A DNA stretch of 64,000 nt from Macrostomum hystrix. Its lineage: Eukaryota > Animalia > Platyhelminthes. The position numbers and the translations under genes were made by a program. The notes below the pieces were generated by a model that was given only the letters and a program-made list of their open reading frames with translations, made no database searches and was not told where the DNA came from. This document shows positions 60,801 through 64,000 of this stretch, piece by piece; within the stretch, counting starts at the first letter, position 1, and every line of letters begins with the position of its first letter. The DNA lies in contig CATNEN010000039.1 in assembly GCA_950097015.1 (NCBI GenBank), positions 10,664,001-10,728,000 of the forward strand, given 5' to 3'.

Positions 60801-63411
60801 GTCGTTCTGAGCTGGGTCAGCTTCTGGCTATCGAGATCCGCCGTGCCAGCACGAGTGGCTCTGGGTCGGTAAAATCTATTAATACCTGCAAGTAGGCCAA
60901 TCACATGCTTTCGGGGCTAAGGGTGTTATGGAGTGAGGTGGGTGTTGCGAGAAATATCTATGGGTGTTAAGGAGTGAGGTGGGTGTTGCGAGAAATATCT
61001 AGGGGTGTTAAGAAGAAAGTTGCGTCGCGTGAGCAATCTAGGGGTGTTTAGGAGTGAGGTGGGTATCACGGACAATCTATCGGTATTAAGGAGTGAGGTG
61101 GCTGTCGCGAGCAATCAAGGGGTGTTTAGGAGTGAGGTGGGTATCACGGACAATCTATCGGTATTAAGGAGTGAGGTGGCTGTCGCGAGGATTCTTTGGG
61201 TGTTAAGAAATGATGTGGGTGTCGCTAGCAATCAAATGGTATTAAGTCCCATAATTCGTTACCAAATTTTCAAGGCATCACCACGGTGCTCACCATGACG
61301 ACGCTAATTTCGTCTACCAACGCCGCACTGCCAAAGATCAGCTACCTGAAATCCATAGACGTTTATCTTGTTACCTGCTTCTTCATGGTATTCGCCTCGC
61401 TGCTTGAGTACGCCGCTGTGTGCTACCTTGAGAAGTGTTCAACTCGATCGGCCAAGTCGGCGGCAGCCGCCGCGGCCGCAGCAGCGACAACCAGGTCGGA
61501 GCGCGGTGGAAGCGACAACGTCCGACAGCCGGACAGGAAACACCGGCGGTGCTTCTTGAACTCAACTGGCCGAAACGCGGGCCTGCAGTTAGAGTCAGGC
61601 GGCAGCGTGCGGGAGCTGGTGAGGAATTTGCTAGCGGGAGCTAGCAAATTAGTTTAGTTTAATATAAACAACCGATTCGCACTTAGCAACCATTTATAGG
61701 CCTGGATCGACAGGATCACAGAACTTGAAATATTCTCGCAGCAGGTGAAATCGATCAGGGTCAGGTTCGCTGTATTGATCCATTCGCTGGATCATTAAAT
61801 TTAATAAATAATGTTTCTCAAATCTAGGTCCCATGATTTCTGCGTCACGTGATTTCTGCGTCGTGGGATTTCTGTCACGTGATTCCTGCGTCACGTGATG
61901 TCTAGGTCACGTGATTGCTAGGTCTAGTGATATAAAATGAACAATAGTCACTTTGTTGTACCCATGGATTGCGCATCAATAAAATCAACAATTTTTTGGC
62001 TGACAGGTCAGTTTAATGACTAAATGTTCCCATCGGAAAAGCACGTTACAAAATTCTCAATGTTTATTTGAGAGTGAGTGCAAATGCATCAGCTCAGATT
62101 CAAGGTCATGCAGTCCCCCGCAGAGCAGAGAGCATTAAAAAGAAGCATATTTTAAAACCCATGTTACTGGGAAAATGCGTGTCACTTTGGGATCTGTCAA
62201 TCTTACTCACTAGCTCACAAGCAAGCGAGCTGATGGAGTCAGATTACCTTGACCTGGCTTTGGTCTTCATCAGCCAGCATCAGCATAAGCATCAATCTTC
62301 CCCGAGTGTTTCTATTTGTTATTATTTCATTTGATAAAATCACAGCAATTTGCCTGCGAATGCTCTGCTAACTACACTCATATACAAAAGTAAAAAAACT
62401 TATTTTTGTTAAGAGACGTTGATCAAATTAAATTGCCTTTACAGAGTTTGGAGTAGCTGTGGGCACAAACTTCAGGGAGTGGGGTTGGCGGTGAGATAAG
62501 ATAGGAGGGGTGGGTTGCACAAACGACATTGAAGGACGCACCAATAAAAAAGCGATGAGAGGATAGAAATTCCAGACTGAGTGAGATAAGGGCCAATCAG
62601 AGCTAGATAATGAGGTAATGAGCTACTTGTATTTAGTTTTCGAATACATTTTTCGTGTATAATTCGAATACAAATTATAACTAAGATACTTTCTATGTAT
62701 ATTTAAAATTCTATGCCACATAGGTGTCTTAAAATTTCAGTGGAATCGACTAGATATATTTAAATAAAGCGAAAATGTTCCGATCCAAATTGAATATACG
62801 GCAAAAATTTCTGCTAACATTGCATATTTAAATAAGGCAAACCTATTTTGTCAGCGGGAATTTACGCGTTGACAATGAATTTCACTTCCGTTACAAACCT
62901 TCCTGGGTCTAGTTCCGTTGAATATTTATTCAAGGATGTACGAGATATTGCTGATAACTTTCATTGTTAAATTGTGCTTGTAAGGCACAAATACGCTGGT
63001 AGTTAGCTAAGACCCATGTTATGTTTTGTCAAATTAGGCCAAAGAATAATAAAAAGCATTTTAGGTATGAAAAACGACAAATTTTACCGAAATCAATATT
63101 CCGAATTCTGATTGGTTTAGAGCTTTGGTCACGTGCTTTGAATAGCTGCAGTCGTAGAAAGAGCTTGGGATTCCCAAGTTTCTAAAAATAGCAACTCTTA
63201 TTAGCAGCTTGCGATCCTGCGCCCAGTAAGCCAATAGTATTTTCAACGGCAGAATGAAATAAAAAAAACCACAGGAGGGCCGGCGCTTCAAGCTGTTATA
63301 CCCCCGCTTCCGGGCGGCTCAGGGCACCAGCCAACTGGCCAGCAGGTTCCGTGGCGGCCAGCACAGCTCGCCGCTGTTTCAGACACGAATCCGGCATCAG
63401 AATGAGCAGCC

Positions 63412-63442
<31 letters not shown>

Positions 63443-63460
63443 CAGGGGGCAAACAATAAT
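51849..63460 (+). CDS. RDL/GABA-A-like Cys-loop ligand-gated chloride channel subunit. Exons 51849-52021, 52213-52331, 53733-53803, 54170-54414, 60253-60335, 60491-60625, 60712-60864, 61275-61618, probable 63275-about 63460; M4 lies beyond the window
   Basis: Signal peptide; YDKRIRP; [25 protein letters not shown]; [11 protein letters not shown]; Cys loop [15 protein letters not shown]; GNYSRL...[14 protein letters not shown]; M2 [16 protein letters not shown]; [17 protein letters not shown]...LLEYA (very close to insect RDL). Confidence 0.92.
52340..53010. repeat. Purine-rich minisatellite (GAAATCC.GGGAGAAGGAGAGGG) in intron 2
   Basis: Direct reading. Confidence 0.85.
53830..54135. repeat. 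Perfect 16-bp minisatellite (GGACAATGGGACCTTG), about 19 units, filling intron 3
   Basis: Direct reading. Confidence 0.95.
54452..54796. repeat. 15-bp minisatellite (ATCCCATTCTCTCAG)
   Basis: Direct reading. Confidence 0.92.
55555..56295. repeat. 14-15-bp purine-rich minisatellite (GAAGGGGATCAGGA)
   Basis: Direct reading. Confidence 0.9.
56665..58060. repeat. 20-bp minisatellite (GACTTGTCTCTGACATCCCA) with higher-order periodicity
   Basis: Variant pattern recurs at 260-280 bp spacing (e.g. 57181, 57461, 57721). Confidence 0.93.
58790..60223. repeat. 19-20-bp G-rich minisatellite (GTGAATGGGAAGTCAGTGGG) with higher-order blocks, ending about 30 nt before exon 5
   Basis: Direct reading; repeated blocks of about 242 bp in 59580-60220. 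Confidence 0.93.
60920..61245. repeat. About 39-40-bp tandem repeat (TTAAGGAGTGAGGTGG...) in intron 7
   Basis: Direct reading. Confidence 0.85.
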
Positions 63461-63750
63461 GTCAGCAGTGATAATTCATTCGTGTCGAATTAGTTTTTTT
63501 ATTTTTTAACAATGTGCCATTGTCGTGAATCATTTCCTCGCTTCTGTGTTATATTCGGCAGCCAAAAGGATATAATTTTTACCTATGTAATCGCAAGCAT
63601 AAAAATATCACAGTCACCAATCCTCAGGTTAAATGCACTCAGGCAGGATAATTCTAGTAGAAAAACCCGGAAAAGAAAAGTTAAGAGTCCTCAGGTTTCA
63701 AACTTTCGTGTCGAATATATTCAGGTTAGAAAATCAATTCGAAATCCCAA

Positions 63751-64000
63751 AGGCTGGAGTAGTCTCCCTGAGGCTGGAGTAGTCTCCCTGAGGCTGGAGT
63801 AGTCTCCCTGAAGCTGGAGTAGTCTCCCTGAGGCTGGAGTAGTCTCCCTGAGGCTGGAGTAGTCTCCCTGAGGCTGGAGTAGTCTCCCTGAGGCTGGAGT
63901 AGTCTCCCTGAGGCTGGAGTAGTCTCCCTGAGGCTGGAGTAGTCTCCCTGAGGCTGGAGTAGTCTCCCTGAGGCTGGAGTAGTCTCCCTGAGGCTGGAGT
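63751..64000. repeat. 20-bp minisatellite (AGGCTGGAGTAGTCTCCCTG), continues off the window
   Basis: Direct reading. Confidence 0.95.

Overview
Eukaryotic (invertebrate animal) genomic DNA: short GT-AG introns, GC-rich exons, AT-rich spacers and a very high density of unrelated 14-28 bp minisatellites. This style resembles the flatworm Macrostomum lignano (inference only). Left to right: the last coding exon of Sec62; a deleted PIF/Harbinger transposon; a tight minus-strand cluster (in transcription order PSMF1/PI31, SGT1, mRpL22, then a calumenin/reticulocalbin gene ending HDEL) in which the first three look like a trans-spliced operon. Next is a roughly three-unit tandem segmental duplication (about 15.85-51.1 kb). 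It carries an HSF-DNA-binding-domain gene convergent with a secreted protein built almost entirely of WSC domains, one domain per phase-1 exon. Copy A has 15 WSC exons (recently expanded and homogenised), copy B has 9, and copy C is a broken remnant. The duplicated region is littered with a hAT MITE, a Tc1/IS630-like element, an RTE-like LINE with four zinc fingers, a Helitron and a possible solo LTR. The right end holds an RDL/GABA-A-like Cys-loop chloride channel gene with a GC-AG intron and minisatellite-filled introns, running off the window. The most interesting system is the accordion-like poly-WSC putative lectin locus. All exon boundaries were read by eye.
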